A stretch of 64,000 nucleotides of DNA, from positions 1-64,000 of IMG/VR virus record IMGVR_UViG_3300017788_001394. The stretch is one strand, 5' to 3'. This document shows, one piece after another, positions 48,706 through 57,776 of the stretch; the stretch's first letter is position 1, and the number at the start of each line of letters is the position of its first letter. Source of the DNA: a virus. The position numbers and the translations under genes are program-made. Below the pieces are notes generated by a model. It did no database searches, was not told where the DNA came from, and was given only the letters and a program-made list of their open reading frames with translations.

Positions 48706-50201
48706 ACTTTAACTCCGTATGTGGTTTCCCATCGCTCTGCGTCGGCTCTCGTATTTACTAAAGGTTCGCCTTTAATATTAAGGCTAGTATTTAAAAGCAT
48801 TGGACAACCAGTTAACTGTTTCCAATTAATTAATAATGCTCTAACATCTGGACAATCATTTGGTCCTACTGTTTGGACCCTACTTGTGCCATCGTAATGT
48901 ATGATCGCAGGAAATAAATCCGGATGCTTGCATCTTGCAATATACTGCATATAAGGGCTGCTGTCAACTGGCATTTCAAAATAGTCGTGTGCATCTTCTG
49001 CTAGTATCATAGGAGCAAACGGTCTAAACGCTTCTCTGTGTTTAATATTATTAACACGATCCTTGACTTCTACACCACGTGGATCGGCAAGTATACTACG
49101 ATGACCTAATGCCCTTGGCCCAAATTCTGCACGACCAGATGCAACTGCAGTTATCTTATTCTCTAGTAGCTCGTCAATAACTTCTTGTACAGGATACGCC
49201 CCTGGGATATCTGTCCCGCTGTATACATCGTAATTGATAAACTGTTTCTTGTGTGCTAACACTGCACCTATTGCGCTGCCTGCATCTCCTGGGTTTGGCA
49301 TAATCCAAACATTTTTGTAATACTTTGTAGCAATGTTGTTTGCTACACAATTTAAAATACACCCGCCCATTAACACCAAGTTATCAGTGCCAACATGTTT
49401 CTTAGTATATTGAACCAACCCGTCGAATATTTCTTCGTATAACCGTTGTGTAGCTGCAGCTATATCAGCATAATCTTGCACACTTGTTAACTCTGGTGCC
49501 CAATCCATACAGCCACGATGATAGTTGTCTTTAAACAATACTTGCGGATTGATACAGTTTGGCATTTTTAGTATAAAGTCTCTCCTCATACGAGCGTACA
49601 GCCTAGTAGAATCTCCTATTGCTGCCATACCCATTAAAATGTATTCGTGTTCTTGCGGCTTGAGACCTAAGCGTTGCGTCATTGCACTATACCATATACC
49701 AATACTGTCAGGATATGTTTGATGCCAAGTGCGCTTTAGCTTATTTTTCTTTCCGTTCCATACACTGATGGTGTCCCACTCGCCAATACTATCAACAACC
49801 AATACTGCAGCATTGCTGAATTTTGATGTATAGTAACCTGCGGCTGCATGGCTTAAATGATGGCTAGTTGTAGTAGACTTAGGTGCGTCTGCATAGTATC
49901 TACGCATATATGTAGTAGGAGATTCTTTGCGTAGTAACTTGTATTGTCCCGAGTATAGTTGCCGTATTTTTTTAAGCCACGGTTTTTCATAGTAATAAAT
50001 TTCCGTCGGCTTGCCATATGTGAGTGCTTCCGATATCAAGTCAGGGTGTAAGTTCTTATCGTTTTTGATTCTACTGTAACGCTCACTATGTGCAGCAAAC
50101 AATAACTTTAATTCAGTTTTATCTGACAGACCTTTTCTGCTTTGTTTAAAAACTGCTAAACTAGCGTCGTGGGCCATGCCCGTCCAACCCCATATAATCA
50201 T
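48687..50201 (-). CDS. carbamoyltransferase (NodU/CmcH/TobZ family)
   Basis: HDASLA, ERYSRIK, HHLSHAA, GGCILNC..N, GDAG, EFGPRALGHRS, FRPFAP, LNTSLN. Confidence 0.95.
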   Translation of the reverse strand: MIIWGWTGMAHDASLAVFKQSRKGLSDKTELKLLFAAHSERYSRIKNDKNLHPDLISEALTYGKPTEIYYYEKPWLKKIRQLYSGQYKLLRKESPTTYMRRYYADAPKSTTTSHHLSHAAAGYYTSKFSNAAVLVVDSIGEWDTISVWNGKKNKLKRTWHQTYPDSIGIWYSAMTQRLGLKPQEHEYILMGMAAIGDSTRLYARMRRDFILKMPNCINPQVLFKDNYHRGCMDWAPELTSVQDYADIAAATQRLYEEIFDGLVQYTKKHVGTDNLVLMGGCILNCVANNIATKYYKNVWIMPNPGDAGSAIGAVLAHKKQFINYDVYSGTDIPGAYPVQEVIDELLENKITAVASGRAEFGPRALGHRSILADPRGVEVKDRVNNIKHREAFRPFAPMILAEDAHDYFEMPVDSSPYMQYIARCKHPDLFPAIIHYDGTSRVQTVGPNDCPDVRALLINWKQLTGCPMLLNTSLNIKGEPLVNTRADAERWETTYGVKVCLPKL

Positions 50202-50626
50202 CTTACTGTGTCTCCGCATATACCGTAAATATTTCCTATTTTATCCGGCAATGGTTTATCTAACAAATCTAACCATACAGCGGTTTTATTATTAATAAAC
50301 GTGCCTGGATAACACCATAAGTATCCTTTACTAGTGAGTGTTACGTCATCGGTTTGGTGCCAAAATGTATTAGTATTCATACGTAATAAAATAGAAAGTG
50401 CTTCTAAGTTTTTAGCATGTGTCCAGACCCCTTGCTGTTGCAAGAATGATACATCTGCAGGCTGTTGTGGTTCGTCATGTCCATAATACAGAATACCTTT
50501 GTATGCAATTAAATCGCACTCTACATCATATCCTATGCTGTATGCATGTTTTAAGTATGCATCATCATTTTCATACGCCAGATTAGCGCCGTCTATATTT
50601 CCCTTGTGTGCTATGAATTTAGCCAT
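50198..50626 (-). CDS. GDPD/PLC-like phosphodiesterase-type small protein
   Basis: IAHKGN, EN, VECD, GHD, HAKN, FWHQ.DD.TLTS. Confidence 0.7.
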   Translation of the reverse strand: MAKFIAHKGNIDGANLAYENDDAYLKHAYSIGYDVECDLIAYKGILYYGHDEPQQPADVSFLQQQGVWTHAKNLEALSILLRMNTNTFWHQTDDVTLTSKGYLWCYPGTFINNKTAVWLDLLDKPLPDKIGNIYGICGDTVR

Positions 50627-50719
50627 TTTTTTTCAGATCCTATAGGTGTAACAATAACGTGCATGTTACTTACAATTAACTATATGTGATATCTATGTCA
50701 AATGTTAATGTTTTTTCAT
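50627..50719 (-). pseudogene. collapsed remnant of a HAD phosphatase 5' end fused to an NTP-transferase 3' end
   Basis: Aligns by eye to the start of the 57699 gene and the end of the 56436 gene (see findings). Confidence 0.6.
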
Positions 50720-50746
50720 ATTAACTACTTATATAACTAAAAATAT

Positions 50747-51760
50747 TTATATCAATGACAAGCACCGCAATAATTCTTTATAATTGCCCTTATCGCCTGG
50801 AACACTAATTCTAACGTAGTCTTCGCTTAATATATTACAAACTTTATGAGAACAGTTTTCAATACTAATCTTAGCATGTATAAAGTTTGTTTCGCTCGGT
50901 AAGCATAATATATTGTGTTCCCTTAACTTAGAAATCAAAATATCCCTATTTGCTATAACATTAGCTACATAGGTGTTAATTTCATGTTTAAATTTAACTA
51001 ATGTATCTAACCAGGCAATGCTTGGGCCTGTTATGTCATTCATGTTGCGTAGCTTATACAATAATTCTCTATTAAATCTATCACTAACTGTATATCCTAT
51101 CCTAACCCCAGCACTACCTACTGCTTTGCTTAGTGTGCGTATCACTACTAAGTTAGGATGTGTTTGCGCTAGATCAACAAGTGATTTCGTTTTACTGAAT
51201 TCTATATATGCTTCGTCAATGGCTAATATACAATTATGCTTCTCGCAACTTGCTAGCAAACATAGTAACTGTTCATGTGATATAACTGTTCCTATAGGAC
51301 TACTCGGGTTGCTTAGTATAACAAGGTTAGTATTACTATCTATTGCTGTTAACACATCCACAAACGGAAAGTCGGTCGTAGTATACTTTGCAGCATATAA
51401 ATTAGCCTGATACATGTCAGCATATACACTATACATTGGAAAACTAGGATCGGTTGTAATTACTTTACTACCTGGTGCTACATATACTTGAAAGATGTTG
51501 CGTATTGCACGATCACTGCCATCATAAAGCACTGTGTATTCTTTGTTAATTTGAGTAAACTGTTCTAATAACTCATATGCTAAATCTTGGTTCGGGTAAT
51601 ATCTGACAATGTCATCTGTTAGTAGTTCTGTATAATACTTAAACATATTATAGCTAAACTTACTATCACGCTCACTTGCATGTAATCTAAGTTTATCGGT
51701 TGTGTTATAAGGTGCGTGTATCCGATTTATTCGTTCTAAATGTTTATTATACTTAATCAT
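50747..51760 (-). CDS. class I/II PLP aminotransferase (HisC/CobD-like)
   Basis: GSD, PSFPMY, SNPSSPIG, IDEAYIEF, RTLSKAVGSAGVRIGY, SETNF. Confidence 0.88.
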   Translation of the reverse strand: MIKYNKHLERINRIHAPYNTTDKLRLHASERDSKFSYNMFKYYTELLTDDIVRYYPNQDLAYELLEQFTQINKEYTVLYDGSDRAIRNIFQVYVAPGSKVITTDPSFPMYSVYADMYQANLYAAKYTTTDFPFVDVLTAIDSNTNLVILSNPSSPIGTVISHEQLLCLLASCEKHNCILAIDEAYIEFSKTKSLVDLAQTHPNLVVIRTLSKAVGSAGVRIGYTVSDRFNRELLYKLRNMNDITGPSIAWLDTLVKFKHEINTYVANVIANRDILISKLREHNILCLPSETNFIHAKISIENCSHKVCNILSEDYVRISVPGDKGNYKELLRCLSLI

Positions 51761-51761
51761 A

Positions 51762-52664
51762 TTATACTCCTAGCTGAGTTAATACAGGCGCCAATTCTTT
51801 ATAGCTGCAATTAGCACAATGTTTAGTAGGAGTATTTGATAAGCAGCCTTGCTTAACGTTCTGAAAATCAACTCCATTGTGTATATCGTCGATTTTAGTT
51901 TCAAATATATTACCGAAACTTTTTGCTGAGGTGTTCATACAACAAGCTAATATACGTCCTTCTACTGTTGCATATAATCCTGTCTTAATCCAGAAACAAT
52001 CTTCAAAATTCCAATCGCCACGGCCTTTAATACTAGACTGCCAATTTGTTTTAAGATAAGTTAGTTGTTCGTCTGTATATCCTAAAGTCACCGACCTCGT
52101 TTCACTCCAGTCTTGTGCAATGTTTAATCTAAGTTCAGTTAAATTATAAGGTAAAACAATTTCATCATACACTTTTTGTATATCGTCAATATTGCTAGGG
52201 TTAACTACATAGTTACATGTAATTTGACAGTTATGTCTGTCTACCTTTTGTAATTCATCTAAAAATTTAATTAGTTTGGACCATTTACTTGGTGATCTAT
52301 CACGCTCATATGTTTCTTTGTAACCATCTATACTTAGATACAAATAGTCAATGTACTTCAAACTCTCTGGGAACCAAGTTGCTATACTCATACTGTATTG
52401 ACAGTTAGTAGCACTAATAAGTTTTGCGTCCGGGAAATAGTCTTTAAATGTTTTGCATATAACATTAAACTCTGGATGTAAAAAGGGTTCTCCCATGCCC
52501 ATTAGTTTAGCTTCTTTAACAGGGTGATGTTTAATATGTTCCATTAATTCTGTAAATCGTGCTACACTCATGTGCTGCAATGCGCCAATCACTTCATGTC
52601 TGTTACAGAAACTGCATTGTAAATTGCAATGATTTGTTGTTTCGATATAAACATATTCGATCAT
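51762..52664 (-). CDS. radical SAM/SPASM protein
   Basis: CNLQCSFC, GEPFLHP, C-terminal CFW...G...CC...CANC. Confidence 0.92.
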   Translation of the reverse strand: MIEYVYIETTNHCNLQCSFCNRHEVIGALQHMSVARFTELMEHIKHHPVKEAKLMGMGEPFLHPEFNVICKTFKDYFPDAKLISATNCQYSMSIATWFPESLKYIDYLYLSIDGYKETYERDRSPSKWSKLIKFLDELQKVDRHNCQITCNYVVNPSNIDDIQKVYDEIVLPYNLTELRLNIAQDWSETRSVTLGYTDEQLTYLKTNWQSSIKGRGDWNFEDCFWIKTGLYATVEGRILACCMNTSAKSFGNIFETKIDDIHNGVDFQNVKQGCLSNTPTKHCANCSYKELAPVLTQLGV

Positions 52665-53695
52665 TTAATCGATTTCCAGAAGTTATTATCGTCACGAGGA
52701 ACATTTATTGCATTAGCACTAGGCCAAGGATTTGTAGTGCTTACATCGTTTATTAACAGCCTAGGACTATGTGGTAAATCGTATATTATACGATAGTTAG
52801 TAAACCCACAACTATTTAAGTTTGCTTCGGTTACTGCCTTAAATCGTTCCGGTCTTGCTGTTGTGAATATAATCGTAGCACCTGATCTCTGTTTATCTTT
52901 AAGATAAGCAACAGCATCTGGATTTACTTCAATAGGTGTATTATAGTTATTAGAAAAGTGTTCGCTTTGATTTTTAAACACAACACCATCAATGTCACAA
53001 AAGATAGTCATATGTTTTTTAGCATGATCGACGAAATCACTATATGTCCCGCAATCTATGTAAGTGTCAACTTCTACATTTTTAAATGCGTCTTTTTTTA
53101 TGTCAATCTGGTATTTAATAATATGACTCAAGAACAGTTCGCCTGTGCAATCAGTTTTAACAGATTCATAGCTTTCAATATATTTTTTGCTACTCTCAAA
53201 GCCATAACCGCCTACACATATATTGCCGCTAACAATACGCTTCTCTACGATGTTTCTTATTATACCGTTTTCTTCTATAATAAAACTCTTAGCAGCTATG
53301 TTTGATAGCGTGGGGTAATTACTGATATCAATTGATGTAACGAAGTTTTGACCTGCAGGTATTGCTACACTATAAAAGCTATCGCAGTCTACACTCATGA
53401 ATGGTGTATCTGTCCAGTCTTTAACTGTTAGATATATTGTTTCAGCAGGACCGCTAGTAAACTCGTCGAGTATTACAATGTCTACAGTAGAACCGTAAGC
53501 ATTGCGTATAGCAGTATCAGCAGCGTATAGCGCACAATGCTCTTTAATCACAACAAATGTAACAGGATACTTGCCATAATATGGTGCAGCGGCGTGCATG
53601 AACATGGGCTTACTATCTGGCATTGTTAACAAGTATTTGGGTCTAGCTGTGGGGAATCTATTGCTGCGACCCGCACAGGGTATTATTATTTTCAT
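52661..53695 (-). CDS. nucleotidyltransferase fused to a C-terminal HAD domain
   Basis: IPCAGRSNRF...PKYLL, DCD, EK, DCGT; then CDIDG, TTAR, IND. Confidence 0.85.
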   Translation of the reverse strand: MKIIIPCAGRSNRFPTARPKYLLTMPDSKPMFMHAAAPYYGKYPVTFVVIKEHCALYAADTAIRNAYGSTVDIVILDEFTSGPAETIYLTVKDWTDTPFMSVDCDSFYSVAIPAGQNFVTSIDISNYPTLSNIAAKSFIIEENGIIRNIVEKRIVSGNICVGGYGFESSKKYIESYESVKTDCTGELFLSHIIKYQIDIKKDAFKNVEVDTYIDCGTYSDFVDHAKKHMTIFCDIDGVVFKNQSEHFSNNYNTPIEVNPDAVAYLKDKQRSGATIIFTTARPERFKAVTEANLNSCGFTNYRIIYDLPHSPRLLINDVSTTNPWPSANAINVPRDDNNFWKSIK

Positions 53696-54429
53696 AATCT
53701 GTTAATCTCTTTCATAATGAAATCATAATCTGCTTTATGATTTATGCAGTATGGTAATACTCGTGCAAGCATAAATTTATAAATCTTGTTGTTAAATATA
53801 TTTGAATACTTTTGTTTTAGTTTATTATAAATGTAGTTACAGCTTAATTGATAGTTTGCTTTATTATTATAGTTCCTGACAAACCAAAGCCCAGTTAAGT
53901 CTTGTCTGAGTTTGTTAGCATCAAAGTATATACTATCAAATTCTGTTGGACTAACATCTATCATGTAAAATTTATTGTTGTAGTATAGTAAATTATCAAA
54001 CGTAAAGTCGCCGTGTATCAATGATTTTGGTAGTACATAATTAAATTTGTATGATAGATTTATATTACATACATTGTTAATACGTTGTTGCTTGTTTAAC
54101 ACTATACTACTATAATCTTCAGTTTTAGTCGTGTTAGCTAAACAAAAATCAAAATAAGAACTTATGTAAACAACAAGCCTATCTAAGTCTGTAGCAGTAG
54201 CAGTTTCTAAATAATTTCTAATAGAGATACCAGGAATATATTCCATAAAAATTGTAGTGTCGGTATATCTATAAATTTTTGGCTGGTCAAATGGCATCAA
54301 TGTAGTGTTTAGTAAATATTGATCTATATTTTTAATACCAGACTTAAACACGCCTAACTGCTCGTCAATGACTGCTAACGCAACGTAACAACCACTTCGT
54401 CCATTGGTAAATTCTTGTATTACTTTCAT
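53692..54429 (-). CDS. APH/choline-kinase-like phosphotransferase
   Basis: MEYIPG, IHGDFTFDN, MID, D.NKLRQD. Confidence 0.8.
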   Translation of the reverse strand: MKVIQEFTNGRSGCYVALAVIDEQLGVFKSGIKNIDQYLLNTTLMPFDQPKIYRYTDTTIFMEYIPGISIRNYLETATATDLDRLVVYISSYFDFCLANTTKTEDYSSIVLNKQQRINNVCNINLSYKFNYVLPKSLIHGDFTFDNLLYYNNKFYMIDVSPTEFDSIYFDANKLRQDLTGLWFVRNYNNKANYQLSCNYIYNKLKQKYSNIFNNKIYKFMLARVLPYCINHKADYDFIMKEINRL

Positions 54430-54455
54430 CTCGATTTCATTATAAACTGTAGTTA

Positions 54456-54469
54456 ATAAATATATTTAT
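54456..54469. promoter_or_regulatory. palindromic pair of late-type motifs between divergent genes
   Basis: ATAAATATATTTAT. Confidence 0.5.
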
Positions 54470-54517
54470 GAAAATACGATTCTTACTCGAGACTAGTCTT
54501 ATTTATGGTTAATATCA

Positions 54518-55643
54518 ATGAGTGAAAAACTTAAAGTCGCAATATGTCTTACCGGACTAGTACGTAATACTTAGTGCAGTGTCTGCATATATTAAACATA
54601 TATTTACTAAGATTGGTAATGATAATAAGATCGAGTTTGACTACTATTGTCATTTTTGGAAAAATGATAAGCTGTATCCATATAATATAAATGAAGATTG
54701 GTTAGGTATCACATCCTTACCCAAGGAAGATGAAACAAGTGTTAACCACGTCGTGGCTACATTAAATCCAAAAGCAGTCACATATAACTGTTACATTGAC
54801 ATGTTTCCTACTTTTTTAAACCACGGCCTGTCGCAATATATTGATTACAGCACACATTTGGACTTGTTTATAGATAAAACGATAGATAAAGATTTCTTTA
54901 TGTCAGTTGACAGTACTGATCCAACAAAATATTTTGATTGTTGGTGTAAGTTTCATAATGATTGGGTTAATTTTGCACACCTAACCAGTCAATTTTTTGC
55001 TATAGAACAATGCTTGAAACCTGTTGTTAGTTCAGACATACAATATGATGCAATATTAAGATGGAGATATGATCAATTATTTTTAACATCAGATTACCAC
55101 ATAAACAAGTTAGTGGAGAATCTAAAAAATACACACCGCAATCACATTGTTGTTGAATGGATGCATAGTGGGAGGTGGGACGTAATCGAAAGTATAGAAA
55201 TAACTAACATTTCCCAAGTCGGGATAAATCCCGGTATGGATATAACAGTGTCTGACACTTGGTGGATAGTTGATGCTGACACTGCAGCGTTTATGTCCAA
55301 GTATTTAACAATTGCATATGCAGACATAAGAAAGTATTATAAAGTATTCTTGTTAAGGGATGCTGGACAACATACTTTTTTTTATTACGCACTATTGTCA
55401 ATAAAAATTAATTTTAACATTGTCGGATCTATAGGAAGCAATTTAATCAGAGATCCGACAATATTACCGCCTATCGACGATTTATCTGAACTAAGTATTA
55501 TTGATTCTGATCTTGCGATAAACATAGCGAGGAGTGATCCCGGGATAAGCAGTTATAAAAAGCAACTTGAAGAATCTCAAAAAAAGAAGTATGTGTATAA
55601 TATTATCAAACATTTTAATTTTGTGTCTGAAGAAACATTATAA
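54518..55643 (+). pseudogene. frameshifted putative glycosyltransferase-like gene (paralog of 57777-58949)
   Basis: MSEKLKVAICLTGLVRNT-TAG in one frame; body (DYYCHFW, YDAILRWRYD) continues in the +1 frame. Confidence 0.65.
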
Positions 55644-55659
55644 GTCAGGTTAAACCCAT

Positions 55660-55730
55660 ATGTCAAAAACAATTATATAGCAGTAATGTTTTTAGGACTA
55701 ATACGATTCGATATCGACATTTTTAAGCAA
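55660..55730 (+). pseudogene. collapsed remnant of a third paralog
   Basis: With one indel reads MSKNNYIAVMFLGLIR-FDIDIFK, matching the start and end of the 57777 family. Confidence 0.45.
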
Positions 55731-55750
55731 CACATAATATGCATATTCTA

Positions 55751-56434
55751 TCATAGTATTAGCTTTGCACAAAAGGATTTTAAATCAGAATCTGGATAGC
55801 TAGCGGGCATTTCAATAATATCGAAATCTTTAAAAAAATCTCTGCTATAAAACATTAACGGAGTAGACTTGTATTTTTCTTTTAATTGACTAATAGTCAA
55901 CTGTTGTCTGTACGCTTGTGTTTCTAAAAAGATATCTTGTGTTTCTATATCTTTAATGTCTGTTATCATGACTACTACGTTTGATATCCTACGCATTTGA
56001 TTTATAACTGATAACGCATAATCGTAATCTGGAAAGTACTGAAATACACTGTTAGATATACAACAATCATAACTGTTACTTTTAATCGACGCCGTGTTGT
56101 TGAAAAAATTATTTTTTTCTATTACTTTATTACAGTATTCGACAAAATACTCACTAATGTCACACCCACCGACATTGATGTTTTTATAGTTTTTAAAATA
56201 ATATAGCAATGCCCCATTACCACAACCATACTCAAATATAGAACTAATGTTTCCTACTTCATTTTCTAAGAAATTTATAAAATCATAATATGACGACTGA
56301 TCAATTTTAAAAATCGAACTATGCAGTTTATAACTCGACTCCTTGCTATCAGTTACTGTTAGACTGTGTGTTATTGAATCTGTATTTTTATTCCACACAA
56401 AGTCTTTTTTATTAATTACTTCATTCCAACTCAT
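55751..56434 (-). CDS. class I SAM-dependent methyltransferase
   Basis: FEYGCGNG, GCDIS, YD...SNSVFQYF. Confidence 0.85.
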   Translation of the reverse strand: MSWNEVINKKDFVWNKNTDSITHSLTVTDSKESSYKLHSSIFKIDQSSYYDFINFLENEVGNISSIFEYGCGNGALLYYFKNYKNINVGGCDISEYFVEYCNKVIEKNNFFNNTASIKSNSYDCCISNSVFQYFPDYDYALSVINQMRRISNVVVMITDIKDIETQDIFLETQAYRQQLTISQLKEKYKSTPLMFYSRDFFKDFDIIEMPASYPDSDLKSFCAKLIL

Positions 56435-56435
56435 T

Positions 56436-57137
56436 TTATGTTTGTTGTAACCAATGTTGCAAATCCTCTGGTGTTCCAATGCCATGCATAGATTCAACAT
56501 TAACTGTTTTAACTGTGCATCCTAATGCAATAGTATAATTAAATACCGGACACAAATAAAACTCGTTATTGAATCTGTCGTTAGCAACAAACATATGATT
56601 AGCACTGTGTTTGTATGTTTTCCAAGACTTCCAATAGTAATGCCCTGTCGTTGCACGATCACTTATTGGTTGTTTTTCTGCTACACGTATTACATTGCCT
56701 GTTGCATCTGTTTCCGCAAAACTCCATTTAGGATCACGTTCTGGGCAATCAAATGTAAGTATTACTCCATCATAATTCATATTATTAACAAATAAATTTT
56801 TATCCCACGACATTATTTGATCGCAATTAGAAATAAAAACACTATCGTTGTCATTTAAGTGTGCGTCTGCAGTTAACACACTACATGCAGCGCCTTCAGT
56901 TAATGTGTCTAGTTCTACTACTTTAGCATTAGGGTAATAATCTTTTACTGCGTCGACAATATTTTGTTCTTTTCTAATAATAAAAATGTAATCATCAAAC
57001 TCTAAATCTATGTTTTCTACTGCACGAACAAACATAGGTTTACCTTTTACATCTATCAATGGCTTAGGTTGTATATAACCATGAGACTGAAACCTAGACC
57101 CGTTGCCTGCCATTGGCATTATAAGTTTAAAACTCAT
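56436..57137 (-). CDS. sugar-phosphate nucleotidyltransferase-like (GT-A) protein
   Basis: PMAGNGSRF...PKPLI, TEGAA, NCDQ, AEK, GIGTPEDL. Confidence 0.88.
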   Translation of the reverse strand: MSFKLIMPMAGNGSRFQSHGYIQPKPLIDVKGKPMFVRAVENIDLEFDDYIFIIRKEQNIVDAVKDYYPNAKVVELDTLTEGAACSVLTADAHLNDNDSVFISNCDQIMSWDKNLFVNNMNYDGVILTFDCPERDPKWSFAETDATGNVIRVAEKQPISDRATTGHYYWKSWKTYKHSANHMFVANDRFNNEFYLCPVFNYTIALGCTVKTVNVESMHGIGTPEDLQHWLQQT

Positions 57138-57699
57138 ATAACTTCTCTATTAAGTCTTTACTATCAGCAACTGCTATTACAGTTGCCCCTGTTAACATTG
57201 CACCTTCTATCCCCACGAGACTGTCTTCGAATATTACAGTATTAGAAGGTGTGTTATTTGTTATTCTCATGCACTCATTATACATCCACGGGTTAGGTTT
57301 AGCGGGACCATAGTCACGTGTATAAACACATTCGAACTGCCATAATTGCAAAATATTCATACATTTAAAAACAAACTCACTACGGCTATTACTTGCTAAA
57401 CACAATTTATATTTGGTGTATAATCTAGTAAAGTGATCTGCTAACTCTTTATTATACTTTACATACTCATTGATGTGAGCTCGTGTATGTTCTTTTTTTA
57501 AATCATCAACAGCTATTGTAACATCGTAGCCTTTATTTTGCAAATATTTTATTTTAGCAGTAGTAGGCAATCCCTCTACTTCTTCGTCAGCATATGTTAT
57601 ACCCGGACACTGATGTGTCACCGCCCATCTGAATCCGTCTTGATGTAACTTTTTACAGTCTACTAACGTTCCGTCTAAGTCAAATATTAATGTTTTCAT
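57127..57699 (-). CDS. HAD-superfamily phosphatase
   Basis: FDLDGT, ASN, KPNP, FEDS..G; likely true start ATG at 57699. Confidence 0.9.
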   Translation of the reverse strand: MKTLIFDLDGTLVDCKKLHQDGFRWAVTHQCPGITYADEEVEGLPTTAKIKYLQNKGYDVTIAVDDLKKEHTRAHINEYVKYNKELADHFTRLYTKYKLCLASNSRSEFVFKCMNILQLWQFECVYTRDYGPAKPNPWMYNECMRITNNTPSNTVIFEDSLVGIEGAMLTGATVIAVADSKDLIEKLYEF

Positions 57700-57776
57700 A
57701 AAAAAATATTTATCTTGGTTAAATACTATTTTAATTATAAAAATACATTTTATTAAAGAATTGATTATCATAAATT

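Noticed and set aside
54569-54574. TAG reassignment or alternative genetic code
   Set aside because: Read-through would stay in the wrong frame, and long genes throughout translate cleanly with code 11
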